A stretch of 63,706 nt of DNA, filler included, from Octopus bimaculoides (Eukaryota), in the NCBI RefSeq assembly GCF_001194135.2. It is 5 parts of 5 records of this genome, joined end to end, with 100 filler letters (N's around TTAATTAATTAA, not from the genome) between each part and the next. Parts side by side here need not be neighbours in the genome. Positions count along the whole stretch, not along the records: positions 1 to 19,696 come from NC_068988.1; 4 more parts are not named here. One strand, 5' to 3'. Made by a program: the position numbers and the translations under genes. Position 1 is the first letter of the stretch; every line of letters begins with the position of its first letter. Below are positions 1 to 12,601 of the stretch, in pieces. The notes beneath the pieces were generated by a model. It was not told the DNA's origin. It did no database searches and was given only the letters and a program-made list of their open reading frames with translations.

Positions 1-34
1 TTTTTTTTTTTTTTTCCACTCTCTCAATAATGCT

Positions 35-190
35 TTCTACTATAGGAACAAGGCCTGAAATTTTGGGGAGGGTGGGATACTTATTTAATCGAACCTGAAA
101 GGACGAAAAGCAAAGTTGACTCCAGGGGGAATTTGAACTCAGAATGTAGTGGCCGAGCATGCTAACGATTCTGCCAGCTCACCACCTTTC
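35..190 (-). mobile_element. tRNA-derived SINE, family A (GGTGAGCTGGCAGAA head), decayed
   Basis: Reverse complement contains ggtgagctggcagaatcgttagc and ctgagttcaaattcc (A/B-box-like). Same family as 19315, 38688 and 51860. Confidence 0.75.
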
Positions 191-349
191 ACTCTCTCAA
201 TTATAACCACCCCTCTTCTGATCTAGCATCTGACATACTACCTTTTGTCTAGCATTACTCATCTTTCTTCTGCCCTGCAGTTTCTTACTCATCCCTATAA
301 CCAGTGTTAAATACATTATTCTTAGACAATCTTTCTCTGTTCATGTTTA

Positions 350-560
350 GCTAGGTCTAGGTCAACGGCTGAATTGACTTACTATCAGAGGAACTGCAGC
401 CATAACTGATCCTTTTTTTTGTTTTTTTTGTTAAGGGTATTTAGATTTATATTATTTAATGTGTCCTTTACTTATTTGGAACAGAAAGGTTTTGAAGGAG
501 ATTTGAGTGCTATTATTAGCAGGCTGGCCACCACATAAGAGAGCTCCTACAAGCATCAAT
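350..560 (-). repeat. Dispersed repeat family with ctaaatctccctcaaattacac core (other copies ~1480-1670 +, 18370-18570 +, 35240-35400 -, 51390-51580 -)
   Basis: Shared motifs gctagaaatagcagc(t)aaatctccctcaaa and cctgatcgatcag...ggctaaacaac recur at several loci. Confidence 0.55.
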
Positions 561-719
561 GGATTTAGGTAATGCTCATAAGATAATCATTCTAAGATTT
601 TATTAATTATTCTAATGTATTCCAGTAAAATATCTATTTGAAGAATTTTGTGTTAATTTTAATAAATTCTTACATGTTAGCTTAAATAAAATCCCAGTTA
701 CACTATATCACTGTGTGTA

Positions 720-785
<66 letters not shown>

Positions 786-3730
786 GATTTGTGCATAAAG
801 TAATTTAATTAAGGACGAGCCATCAAATACAAAAATATGCAAATTAGGTTATCCACTATGGTACTAGCCTAATTCATAATTTATATAAATGCTGATCAGT
901 GCTACTGATTGGGAAAAGAAACTAGGTGCGTCTTCTCTGAGGAGATGCCAACAATCCATGAAACGGTCTGTCAGAAGACTCCCACCACATACATATTGAT
1001 AGCATAAGCAGAACGTGTTTACATTATTTAACCCACAGTAAGATTTTGTAATGGTTATTTCAATTCTGATTTACGCTGATTGTCATAATGAATGTTTGCA
1101 TGTACACACACACACACACAGAGAAAAACAACTTCCACATAAAGCCACCTATCACAATGAACACCTAATATGCTGTCAGTAATAGTAGTTGTCGACAGAA
1201 AGATTTTCCAACCATAAATAAATTTCCATCACAATCCAGTATGTAGAATACAGTACGTGTTTTACACATCACATGTAACTTCTCTAGAAATTAAAAAAAA
1301 TCATTTTAAATAGTAAATTCTATTTTCGTTGCTAATCACAGGCACTTGTATACATTACTCCAAGGTAGCTCGCGTGAGATCTTTCAAATTACAATTCGCC
1401 AACTAAAAACATTACATCATTGCAACCACTAACACTTCTGAGGTTTCATCCCCTCTTCAACTCTACACAAAAACGACCAGCTGAAGAAACGTCTAATCGG
1501 CCACTTACTTAAAATACCAGCCAAATCTCCCTCAAATTACACACTACGACTGTAAACAAGGAAAGCTCACATCAAACAATACAGTCTTATATACTCTGAA
1601 AATGAGATACCTGCGGGTAGAATGAATTTAATCATGAGCCTGATCGATCAGCGTTGTCTTAGACATAATAATAACGAAGAACAAAAATACTACTTTGTGC
1701 TTCCAGGACTGATTAGAACTATTTAAAAATAAATATAGTCAGTAATTTCTTAATAAATATTCTCTTAACTCTGTAATCATTGTCATTTATTCCAACGTCA
1801 TCAAATTTGCAAATTCATTTTTACGGCAAATTAACTAAATAACTATTATTAGATATCCAACTACATCAAATAACACAAAACCACAACTTTTACCTCAAAA
1901 ACGGAAGAATACAGCTGAAAATAGTCATACTAAATAAAGCCTAATACCCCGAAGTGATCTATCCGAGAAACCTCACAAATTCAACGTAATTAAAATTATA
2001 TCTATATCTATCTACACATATATATGTAACTGCAGTATTTTCAGATAGGCGATGTAATCAAACTACTTCGAAAATCTACGGCAGACCTGGAAAAATACGG
2101 ACAGTACAGTTTTCAAATAAATAAATATTACATTTGTAGCGTGGTTATGACGAAAGATTTGTTGTCAGTTTAAGTAATTGACTTTTCTAACAAATATCTT
2201 TCAGATATTTTGATACAATTCTATCATAATTTCATTCGCATTTTGACTGCCTTACAGGAATATGTTATTCTTTTGTGTGCGCCTTCACTATTTGAGTTCC
2301 TTGTATTGGAAATATTTTGAACACAGATCACTAGCCTTAATTTGAAAATTGTAGTGAAACAACCGTAAGGAAAGAATTAACAATACCCACTTTCAGTATA
2401 AAATCATCAATGATGTAGCCATTTTAGTTATGTAAAGTGAGTGATTGTTCCCTAAAAAAAATAATAATAAAACAACTGCTCGAATAAAATAATTCGTATA
2501 AAATATAAAACATCAATCCTGGCAAGTGTAACAGACTGGGGAGTTGCGGAGAAGACGTTACATCATTCATGACAAAATACATTAACAAAAAAAAAAAAAA
2601 TCACAAACAAACAATGCATAGTTTCTAATAAAAAAAAATTACCAATCATTGAAGTGATTGATAGGAATAAACACTGAATAGAGAAAGTTCTATGATAAAT
2701 AATTGATGACAATTCGACAAGATTTAAACGCGGTCATTCCTCCACTCCATTTTCCGATTGAAATAGAAAGTTAGATAGTATTTACTAGTTTTTGAGATCT
2801 TTGTTAGGCATAATATTAAAGACATTCGACTACTACAGTACACAAGTGTCATCATGAGATGCATTGCTTTATCCTTTTAACATGGACTGGAATTTATGAA
2901 ATGATGCTGTTACAAGATTTTCATTTCTATTTATATATAAATTGCTCTTTCAAAACGCATTTCATTGTTGTTGCTTTTTTTAATTATTTTCCTTTCAAAA
3001 TCTTAATTTAACATATATTGTATTATGTTGAACCACCAGCAGTAACGGTAAATATATTTATCTATTTAGTTAAAACTAGGAAACCATTATTCAAAGAAGA
3101 AATCATTACTATTCTTGAACTATATATATATTTTTTTAAATCATTACTTTTCTTAAACCATTTATTTACAAACTGGATTAAAAGGGTTTTAGTTTGCCAA
3201 CCGCGATAGCTGATGTTTATATTTCAAGTAATATATTATAGCTTCGTTTTTAAAGCTGCCAAACACCCATTATTTTAACATCTGTGTAAATAATTATTGA
3301 TTTATTTTGAATGGACATAGGTAAATGTTATCCCAGCCTGACCATAGCTAAAACTAGTGAAAGACAAGTCTAAACAGACTCTAGTGTTTTACTTATCAAG
3401 GAAAGTCAAGTTTACAGGATCTGAACTGAAAACTGAATTCTCAGCCCATCTTCTATTACTTCAATCGCATCACATGAAAACACAATTAAGAGATATTTGT
3501 TAAGAATTGACTTTAAAAAGTCTACATAACAGAATTAAACATTACATTAACTATGGTATTTCATTAACAAATGAGTTAACAGCTAATAAATGTTATCAAA
3601 ATAAAACACCTACAAGAGAAATCGAGTGGACGAAGCATATAAGGATAACTAATACATTTATAGTTTTCTCTCCTTTAAGGAGACATCTTTATGAGAAAGA
3701 ATAATAAAAGAGGATAATCTCAAATCTTAC

Positions 3731-4054
3731 TTTAAGTCCCGGGAAAGCTTTAGCCATGCCATAAAGAATTGCGCGATGTGATTCCATATCTCCGAGGGTC
3801 TTTAATTCGGCGGCCCCTTCTTTAGTAAATCCCTTCACTTTGGCCGTTAATGCATTCTTTTCTCGGACTTCTAATACTTTTCGGCCACCCCGACGTGCCA
3901 ATTCAATACTGACGGATAACAATTCCTTCATGCAAATCCTCTCCTCTTTCTGGAACCAATTCAGTAAACCAAAATTGTAAATAATTCCGCATGCTATACA
4001 TATAGTCAGAATCACAGCCCCAAATGGGTTGAGGCGAATGTTGACAGGGGCCAT
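3731..4054 (-). CDS. BPNT2: First coding exon of Golgi-resident PAP 3'-phosphatase (inositol monophosphatase 3); remaining exons not seen, presumably left of the window
   Basis: ATG at 4054 gives MAPVNIRLNPFGAVILTICIACGIIYNFGL (N-terminal membrane anchor) ... KVKGFTKEGAAELKTLGDMESHRAILYGMAKAFPGLK, recognisably similar to human IMPAD1 (KGKTREGAEDKMTSGD...AFPSVQ). 324 nt, followed by a GTAAGA donor at 3730 (phase 0). Confidence 0.9.
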
Positions 4055-5049
4055 CTTTTTAATTTTATCTAACAACATTTTCTTACGTCAGAGTTTCGTA
4101 TCTACTAGTCGTAGGTGAATTATCGCTCTTAACTTATTTTAAAAGAATTAATAAAAAAAAATATTTGTGTTAAATAAGATCTTTAAGATAGATAGATAGA
4201 TAGAGAAAAAGATGGTTGGATAGATAGATAGATAGAAGTATCCCGAGTGGCAACCTTTGAGTTTAACGTCCCTTTTTCACTTCGACTTTTTTGACTTTAA
4301 CTGGTATCATTTTATTAGGCAACGGAAGAATTTTTTACGTTGTGTTGCAGCCAACTTGCTTGTCATACAGAATATTTGTTGGTGCAGTTCAAATATTCTT
4401 CATGTGTTCTTGCTGTTGGTTAAGTTGGCAGGATGTGCTCAAGAAAAAAAAACTGCCTTCGAAATGTATGGAAAGTGTCTGAAAATATGAATAAACTGTC
4501 GATATAATGGATATGTAAACTAATACCCAATGGTGAACTATGATTTCTTTGTTACGAATACAACAGCTTTTTTTTTTTTTTTAGTTAAGAAACTGAAAGG
4601 TATTAATAAAATGTATGTTTGTGACCATTATTCAACCAGCTGTCACCGATACTTCGTCTACTTTTCATAGAGGATTGTCAGCTGTGTCTTTCTGAAATGA
4701 CGGAATAATCACGCTGTCTATCAGGTCATTGCTTAATTATTTTGTAAAGTATTCTTCTTCAGATACCTGAGAGAAAGAGAAAAAAATGACACTTTAACAT
4801 GGTAGTTTCGCCTATAGGCATTCGGGCGCATTTAACCAGAAATAGAAATTTTACTAAATGTAACAGGTGGGAGAGTACTGTATTTTTGATATCATAATTA
4901 AATGCCTATGAACACCCATTTAGAAAGTTTATGTGGTCTATTGTGTTTCACTTATGTGGTCTAATGTTTTTCATCAACTAATATTGCTTACCCCTTTGAC
5001 ACACACACACACACACACACTCTCTCTCTCTATCATATCGCTAGTATGG

Positions 5050-5480
5050 TTAGTGGTCTCTCATATTTGAGAGCTTGGGCATCAGGAATGTTAGTCTTGA
5101 CATTATCAGAGCCTTTAACTGCTTCTGACATGAAAACAGCCTATGTTGCCTTATCATCAACATCATCTGTTCTCTCAACTTTTTGATTGGAAGACTTCTA
5201 TCAGACCACTCCATTGTAACATGTGATGACATGGGCTTCCCTCTGTATCACATTCTATCAACCTTATACTACGTTTGTTTGTATTCCCCACATTTTCCTT
5301 GGTGTACATTAACGACAAACTTGTTCTCACTTCCGGCCATATCAACCAACACATATGCAAATAATACTACCCTTAAATTTTCCTTACACTTTTGGACATA
5401 GATATGATCCACACAATTGAAACAATAACACCAAACATATACTGCTTCTATAACCAAAGGTCTTACAAAATCCATGAAAA
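5050..5480 (-). mobile_element. Possible heavily decayed RTE-type LINE 3' coding fragment
   Basis: Broken frames weakly resemble the RTE C-terminus (..VHQGKCGE.., ..MEWSDRSLPIKKLREQM..). Similarity judged by eye only. Confidence 0.3.
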
Positions 5481-5642
5481 CATGTCAACCTAATCTCCTT
5501 CAATAGTACAATCAGCCCACTCAATGTAGCTGCCTTTCTGCCTCACTTTATTTACATCATTTATAGACTATATCTCACCCATCCACTTTTTTCTGTTTTG
5601 TTTTTACTGTCTTAACCAACGGTGGAAGGGCATTGCCTATGA

Positions 5643-5937
5643 CAGGGGTTTTCAAACTTTTTGACTTGCGGACCCCTTTATATTTCAGGCTTTACCTTAG
5701 AGACCCCCTTATAAACGCTTATGAAATTTATACATAAATATTTGCTTAAAATAACATATATTTACATTTATTTATTTAACAGTATTTAACAAATAGGTTT
5801 ATTGTCAATTAAAAGATTTCGATTAAAAAACATATATAAAATCAAATTGCCCATAAAAAGTATTTGCTGTCCACGGACCCCCTGTCTTGTCCTTGTGGAC
5901 CCCCTGTGGTCCGCAGACCACAGTTTGAAAACCCCTG
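5643..5937. mobile_element. hAT-type (Charlie-like) MITE
   Basis: Perfect 15-bp TIRs CAGGGGTTTTCAAAC / GTTTGAAAACCCCTG. Flanks (gcctatga vs gactagat) only partly match, so the TSD is uncertain. Confidence 0.75.
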
Positions 5938-6580
5938 GACTAGATTATGTAATATATCTTCTTTTTTTTTACTTAATTTGGCAGTGTAATCTGAGTGAGA
6001 TTTGACTGATATTACTTCCAAGTCAAGGGAACATGACATGTAGTTGCTTGTCAACTTGTAAAGTAATTTGTATATATTACTGCTAAACTAAATCTAATAA
6101 AAAAAATTCTCCAAACATATCAGCACCTCATCTTTCTTCATTCACACTGAAAATTACATGGTATTTAAAATAGGACTGATAAACTTACTTCTGTAACTCT
6201 TCTCAGTTATCAATACCCGTTCAATAGATAGATAATCCGTACCTTCTAACTTTTTGAATATATTCATCGGACGGATTATTTCCAAGTTGATGTTATCTGT
6301 GAACACAGAATGCTATTCTCACCGTACATCCATCATGTAGAATTCTTAAATGTTTATTTAATGTGTAAATTCAGAATAAGATTACCTGGGCGAATTACAG
6401 GTTATTATTAAAGCAGATACTTGTAGAGCAACTCATTGGGGTGTGGTTGAAAAAAAGCCTGGTGCATTATTGACAAGTTTTGTAGGTTTTTAAATAAAGT
6501 TTTCTATTTTTGCTTTCTTTGCTCATGACTTTATTTTCTTGTTTTGGATTTATATCTTCATGTGGAATATTTATATAATT

Positions 6581-7143
6581 GGATCTATTTTAAAACGGGG
6601 GCCACATTTTTCATTAATGTTTTACGTAGTGTTTTTGGTACGGAAAGACTTTCAAACTTCGTATACTTATCTATTTTGTGTTATAGAAGAGAAAAAAATT
6701 TTTGTATTCGAATTTATTTCATGTAAAAAATTGTCTTATTTCGATAATTTCAACCAATCACTGACAAGTATTCAGTTGTTTATATTTACTCCTTTGGCTG
6801 ATTAAGCGATGTAAAGCGTATTTAATCTCCATACCTTCGTTTTATTTGCTTTTTTCATTTTAAATTTGCTTTAACCCTAACCCTAAGGTTAGGGTTAGGG
6901 TTAATTGTTTCAGAATCGTCTGTTTATGTAGTCGGCACTTAATGTATATCGGCTGAATGGACGTCAGTGATTGGTTGAAATTACAGAAATACGACAACTT
7001 TCACATGGAATAACTTATGGATTTCTTTTTTTTTTTAAGAAGACTAAGAGAAAAAGATGTTTTATATGACACATTCTACCAGTGTTCCAAGTTTCAAAGT
7101 GTTTCGTTAATGAAAAATGTGGCCCCCGTTTTAAAAAAGATCC
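6581..7143. mobile_element. Merlin-type MITE, copy 1
   Basis: 37-bp TIRs starting GGATCT with 1 mismatch. Flanked by an exact 16-bp direct repeat GAATATTTATATAATT (6565-6580 and 7144-7159). Central telomeric-repeat palindrome. Confidence 0.75.
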
Positions 7144-7214
7144 GAATATTTATATAATTAAGTATGCTATAGCAATAAATTCGTATATTTTTTTCATTAT
7201 CTGCTCAAAACTCT

Positions 7215-8858
7215 TGTAGTGAAACTACCTATCGCCATTATATACAAATAAACGTGAGCGTAGTAGAAAACATTTCTTTCCCTGTCATCACCTGACTGAC
7301 TATAATTTGAAGCGGTATTTGCCTCATACCGTTCCCGCCAGAACACAAACTGACCAACCGTAGCCCCTAATAAGGTCACGTAATTATGTTTTTCTAATGT
7401 TTTTCTGGAGCCTCCCTTTAGCTATAAATAGACTAAATCATACCCGGCAAATTGGTCGCGCCTCAGATCTTAGATCTGGCCGCCGGCCACACACGCGTAA
7501 GACAGCCAGCCAGTTCCAGCGATGACATCGATACCATCATACAACTACAAACTACAAGCATCGCCCCCGACGTCGCCAGCAGCAACACGACTCTACGTAC
7601 TACCAGCATCCCCGCCAGCGTCAACATGACTCTACACGTACACAAGCTACCAACAGCTAACTGCAGCACTTCTAACCCTGTTTGTGTGATTTCTTCACCA
7701 CGAGAATTAACAGCCAAGAATTTAGCCTGCGAAGAACATCTGTATTCAAGAACCTGGCTTGGCATGGAAGCCGTAACATCACAACTAGTGATCGCTCTGC
7801 CCCACACGCCTTAACTTCTTATATACAGACACTGGATCTATTTCAAAACGGGGGCACCAGTATTTTCTTAACGAAACACTTTGAAACTTGGGACACTGGT
7901 AGAATGTGTCATATAAAACATCTTTTACTCTTAGTCTTCTTAACAAAAAAACATACATTGCAAGTTATTCCATGTTAAAGTTGTCGTATTTCTGTAATTT
8001 CAACCAATCACTGACGTCTATTCAGCTCAATAGAGTTATTCCCTGTGACATATTTCATCCGGTTTAATCGTAATTTATACGCATATATTGTTTATATAAT
8101 AAATTACGCTGTGCGTATCTATGTGTGTAACAATTTTAGAGTTCGGATTCTAGAGTTAGGGTTAGTTTTAGGGTTAGGGTTAGGGTTAACAGTCTAGTTA
8201 GGGTTAGGGTTAGGGGATTAATATGATATACACCGTTACAGCGCTAACTGTTTTCAACTGAATAGACGTCAGTGATTAGTAGAAATTATCGAAATAAGAC
8301 AATTTTTTACATGAAATAAATTCGAATACAAAAATTTTTTTCTGTTCTATAACACAAAATAGATAAGTATACGAAGTTTGAAAGTCTTTCGGTACCAAAA
8401 ACACTACATAAAACATAAATGAAAACTGGTGCCCCCGTTTTGAAACAGATCCCAGACACTTACCACTGTGTACTCTAATTAAGAACGGGTAAATTCTTAT
8501 CCGTGTTACTGACTCTAATCTATACTCTGTAACTCTTACATACACATACATGTATTACTCGCACACACTCTTTTGTTTACATGATGGCCTGTCTTATAAT
8601 GTGTTTTATTATGTCGCATCCACTCACACACACAGACATACAATTTAATGCTCCAATAAATACTACTGTTATTCATCCTCATACGGTTGTGTTCCTATCG
8701 TCTTCCTTAATGGCATTTACGAATTCTCTATGTTATCAAAGTATAACATATTTATCATTTTATACTTTTGTGTTCGACCGTGTGACGCGTTTAATAAAGG
8801 AGCCTGTTTTTCCATTCGTCACCATTTCTCCTTTTTGGTTCGCACGGTCGTTCTTACA
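7215..8858 (+). mobile_element. Solo LTR (Gypsy-like, ~1.0 kb after removing the nested MITE)
   Basis: Starts TGTAG, ends TTACA, with CTCT on both sides (7211-7214, 8859-8862). TATAAATA near 7424 and AATAAA at 8793. More GC/CpG-rich than the flanks. Confidence 0.7.
7834..8452. mobile_element. Merlin-type MITE, copy 2, inverted relative to copy 1 and nested in the solo LTR
   Basis: 28-bp TIRs GGATCT(A/G)TTTCAAAACGGGGGCACCAGT. Exact 8-bp TSD CAGACACT (7826-7833, 8453-8460). GG-start TIR plus 8-bp TSD fits the Merlin superfamily. Arms are homologous to copy 1 in reverse orientation. Confidence 0.8.
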
Positions 8859-10789
8859 CTCTTAATACCATTTCAAAAAACAAGTGAACAATTTTTTTCT
8901 AAGCTTGATGTATGCTCAGACTACTCAATAATTAAACTAAATATGACCTCTGGAGACCTTTCCACTTTCAATACTCTATGTAAAAGTTAATCTCTTGATT
9001 ACTTTTTGAACTAAAATCCTCACAGAAATAATTTTAATATAATAATAGGTGAATATTATACAGGACTTAAAGCTATTTTGTAACTATGCTTAGTGATATA
9101 CTGTAATTGATGGCATAAAAAACTCATGGGCACATTAGATGCACTTCAATTTCAGCGGGACATATTCAAGAAACAAAAATTTGTAGTGCATTAAAGCTTA
9201 TGAAAGGCTCAACTTTGCATAGAGGACCTGGGGTGGTTTTTTGAGATTTTTTTGAAAGGGTGTATCAAATGTAGTACTTGTGTTTGGAAAGACTCATACT
9301 GAACATGATAAACTCTGAAAACTTCCCCACAGCATTATAAAGAAATAGGAAGACTCAATAGTGAATTGTATGTAGGTCAGATTGAGGCAAGTAAATCTGA
9401 TAAAAAGTTCATATCAGATGTGAAATGTAAGCTCCATTTCAAACTGCTCATTAAGTATTTTGTAAGTAGTGCTACATACATATAATTTATGTATAAGTTA
9501 TAGGTGTATACATGAACATGTAGTGTACATGATGTATTTGTAAGAGACAAAGCAAAATAAATAGAAAAGAATGATTTATTAAAAAAAAAAGGTACCTCAA
9601 TTTTGTCTCTAACAGGGGAAGAAAACTCCTTTGAAACCGTAAGCTAGCACTGGATTCCCCGTTATGCAAAATAAACACGTGCTTAAGGCATGAAGGGAAG
9701 TGGGGCACTGCAGAAATGGTTTACAGCACAAAACAAATAACTTTAAACTTGCTAAAATAACATTCAGGATGCCATATCTTCACTAAGTATAGAAGCAGAT
9801 GTGTTACATAGGATTAATTTTAAGGATCTGATCAAAAACTTTGCAATTAAAAGAAGTAGGAGAAAACTTTTCAAATATAAAGTGGGAGTATATAAAGATA
9901 AACAATGTTTTCCATTTCAGTTTGAAAAATAAAAATTCATTTTATGGTTTATCCTTGTTTATATTATTAATTACATATATTTTTAAGTGCTTAGGGTCTC
10001 TATGGGTCTTAATTTGGCTCCACCATAAACCCTATTATTTAATGGCTTCTAGCAATCCAACCCTTCAATTCTCCCTGACCTGATGTTGAATAGTTTGACT
10101 ATATTGTGTTGACAGAGTGTCAAGTCAGACTCCGCCCCAACAATAAAGATTGCCACAGTATCAGAAATATGAATTTATCAGAAACCATTAATGAATTAGA
10201 AGCAGCTGTTGATAAGATGAACTAATAATCCAGTTCACTTCAAATTTGTTTCACATAATTATAATAGTTTACTGAAACATCTGTTCTCCTCCAGGTCTGT
10301 ATGTAAATTGTATATGAAAGTCTAAAATGAACAACAGGAGTTAAATGCTATAATATCTGATTGTAAAATATGTACAAGAGGTACTTCTGGCAGATCATGT
10401 ACTATTTACCTCTGTATGTGCAAAAGTCTATACCTTTTAATCTAGCTTACAAATACTGGATCATATTTTTTGACTGGCAGTCTTAATTTATCACCCAATT
10501 TACTGCCATCACATGAGTCTTGGGTGTCTTTAGCAGCATCCACTCTGCTGCAAGTATTTTGGCTAAGTCATCAGTTTGTGGCTAATTTCTTTGCTCCCTA
10601 CTTCCAGTTCATGTACCAGTTCCAAGTTATGTAAACAGTCAAAGATGCTGCCCTTCCATCCTTGACTGAGCTGTCAAAAAAATGTCAAAAGTTATACAGG
10701 TACAATTTGAATCTCATTTACATACTACCAGGTGATTACTCTCCTTTTTGATATAACATTTACCTAATATTGTACCTAGTCACTTATAA

Positions 10790-10960
10790 ACATGGAAAGC
10801 TGGCAGAATTATTTGCTCATTTCTTTTGGCTATTTACCTTCTGAGTTCAAATTCTGCTGAGGTCAACTTTGCTTTTCATCTCTTCAGGAGGTGTGGGGAG
10901 GTCAATAGAATAAAGTATTGTCAAGTACTGTGGTTGATGTAATTGACTTTTCTCTTGCAA
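10790..10960 (+). mobile_element. SINE family A, decayed
   Basis: ggaaagctggcagaa...tctgagttcaaattctgctgaggtcaactttg. Confidence 0.7.
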
Positions 10961-11199
10961 CAGACTGGCATCCTGTTGTTCAAAGCTATGTTCTGATCTC
11001 AGTCACTTATACACCATGGCAACCAGCTACCTACAGCTTAAGAAAATGAAAATATCACAAACTATAGATACACAAAGGCCTTTAGTGCATAAAAATATTC
11101 AGACAATAATGGTTGGATATGATTCAAGCATTCAAACAGTCAAAAAGCCATTTCTGGATTCTTTTCAAAAGTTACTGTGGAAGGAAGCACTCAATTATT

Positions 11200-11570
11200 G
11201 AGTGTTCCTTTTGAGTGTTGGGTCTCACGGAGGCAATGACCAAGACCTTTGGCATTATGTCGTGCTTGAGAAGAAGACCCATCAAGCCAAGCAAAATTGC
11301 AGTCGTGGCAGATACTGGTGTCATGGAAATTGGCACCGATGCTGGTGGCATGTAAACGCACCCCGGTGTCATGCAAATGGCACAGTACTGATGGCATGTA
11401 AAAGCACCTATTACACTCTCAGAGTGGTTGGTGTTAGGAAGGGCTTCCAGCCATAGAAAATTATGCCAAATCAGACTGGAGCCTGGTACAGCCTTCCAGC
11501 ATGCCAGCCCAGTCAAACTGTCCAACCCATACCAGCATGGACAACAGACGTTAAATGATGATGACAATTG
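11200..11570 (+). mobile_element. RTE LINE 3' end (C-terminal codons plus 3' UTR, ending in (GAT)n)
   Basis: Matches 63230-63706: ...gaagacccatcaagccaag...aggaagggc...aacccat.ccagcatgg...ttaaatgatgatga. Confidence 0.75.
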
Positions 11571-11736
11571 CAATTCTCATAAATTATCTACAGTGATTGA
11601 TCTTGTGAAAAGTCTAAGAATTTTTATTCCTCTGATCTTAGAAAAAAGATGTTATGTGCACTCTACTCCCTGGTGTTAAGAGAGTGCGTGGGTGTATCTT
11701 ATCCTAGCATGGACTCATAACCCTGTGCTAAAGTAC

Positions 11737-11737
11737 A

Positions 11738-11773
<36 letters not shown>

Positions 11774-11780
11774 GTATATA

Positions 11781-11826
<46 letters not shown>

Positions 11827-12565
11827 AATATATATATATTATATCTATATGTATATATATANNNNNNNNNNNNNNNNNNNNNNNNNNNNNNNNNNNNNNN
11901 NNNNNNNNNNNNNNNNNNNNNNNNNNNNNNNNNNNNNNNNNNNNNNNNNNNNNNNNNNNNNNNNNNNNNNNNNNNNNNNNNNNNNNNNNNNNNNNNNNNN
12001 NNNNNNNNNNNNNNNNNNNNNNNNNNNNNNNNNNNNNNNNNNNNNNNNNNNNNNNNNNNNNNNNNNNNNNNNNNNNNNNNNNNNNNNNNNNNNNNNNNNN
12101 NNNNNNNNNNNNNNNNNNNNNNNNNNNNNNNNNNNNNNNNNNNNNNNNNNNNNNNNNNNNNNNNNNNNNNNNNNNNNNNNNNNNNNNNNNNNNNNNNNNN
12201 NNNNNNNNNNNNNNNNNNNNNNNNNNNNNNNNNNNNNNNNNNNNNNNNNNNNNNNNNNNNNNNNNNNNNNNNNNNNNNNNNNNNNNNNNNNNNNNNNNNN
12301 NNNNNNNNNNNNNNNNNNNNNNNNNNNNNNNNNNNNNNNNNNNNNNNNNNNNNNNNNNNNNNNNNNNNNNNNNNNNNNNNNNNNNNNNNNNNNNNNNNNN
12401 NNNNNNNNNNNNNNNNNNNNNNNNNNNNNNNNNNNNNNNNNNNNNNNNNNNNNNNNNNNNNNNNNNNNNNNNNNNNNNNNNNNNNNNNNNNNNNNNNNNN
12501 NNNNNNNNNNNNNNNNNNNNNNNNNNNNNNNNNNNNNNNNNNNNNNNNNNNNNNNNNNNNNNNNA

Positions 12566-12601
<36 letters not shown>

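Noticed and set aside
4257-4490. Two short plus-strand ORFs divergent from BPNT2
   Set aside because: No homology recognised and no convincing splice structure.
7197-7379. 60-aa minus ORF considered as Merlin transposase remnant between the two MITEs
   Set aside because: No DDE/IS1595-like motifs, and it overlaps the LTR start.
7452-7814. Overlapping 120-aa (+) and 114-aa (-) ORFs
   Set aside because: No recognisable domain, and they lie inside the solo LTR, where higher GC content lengthens chance ORFs.
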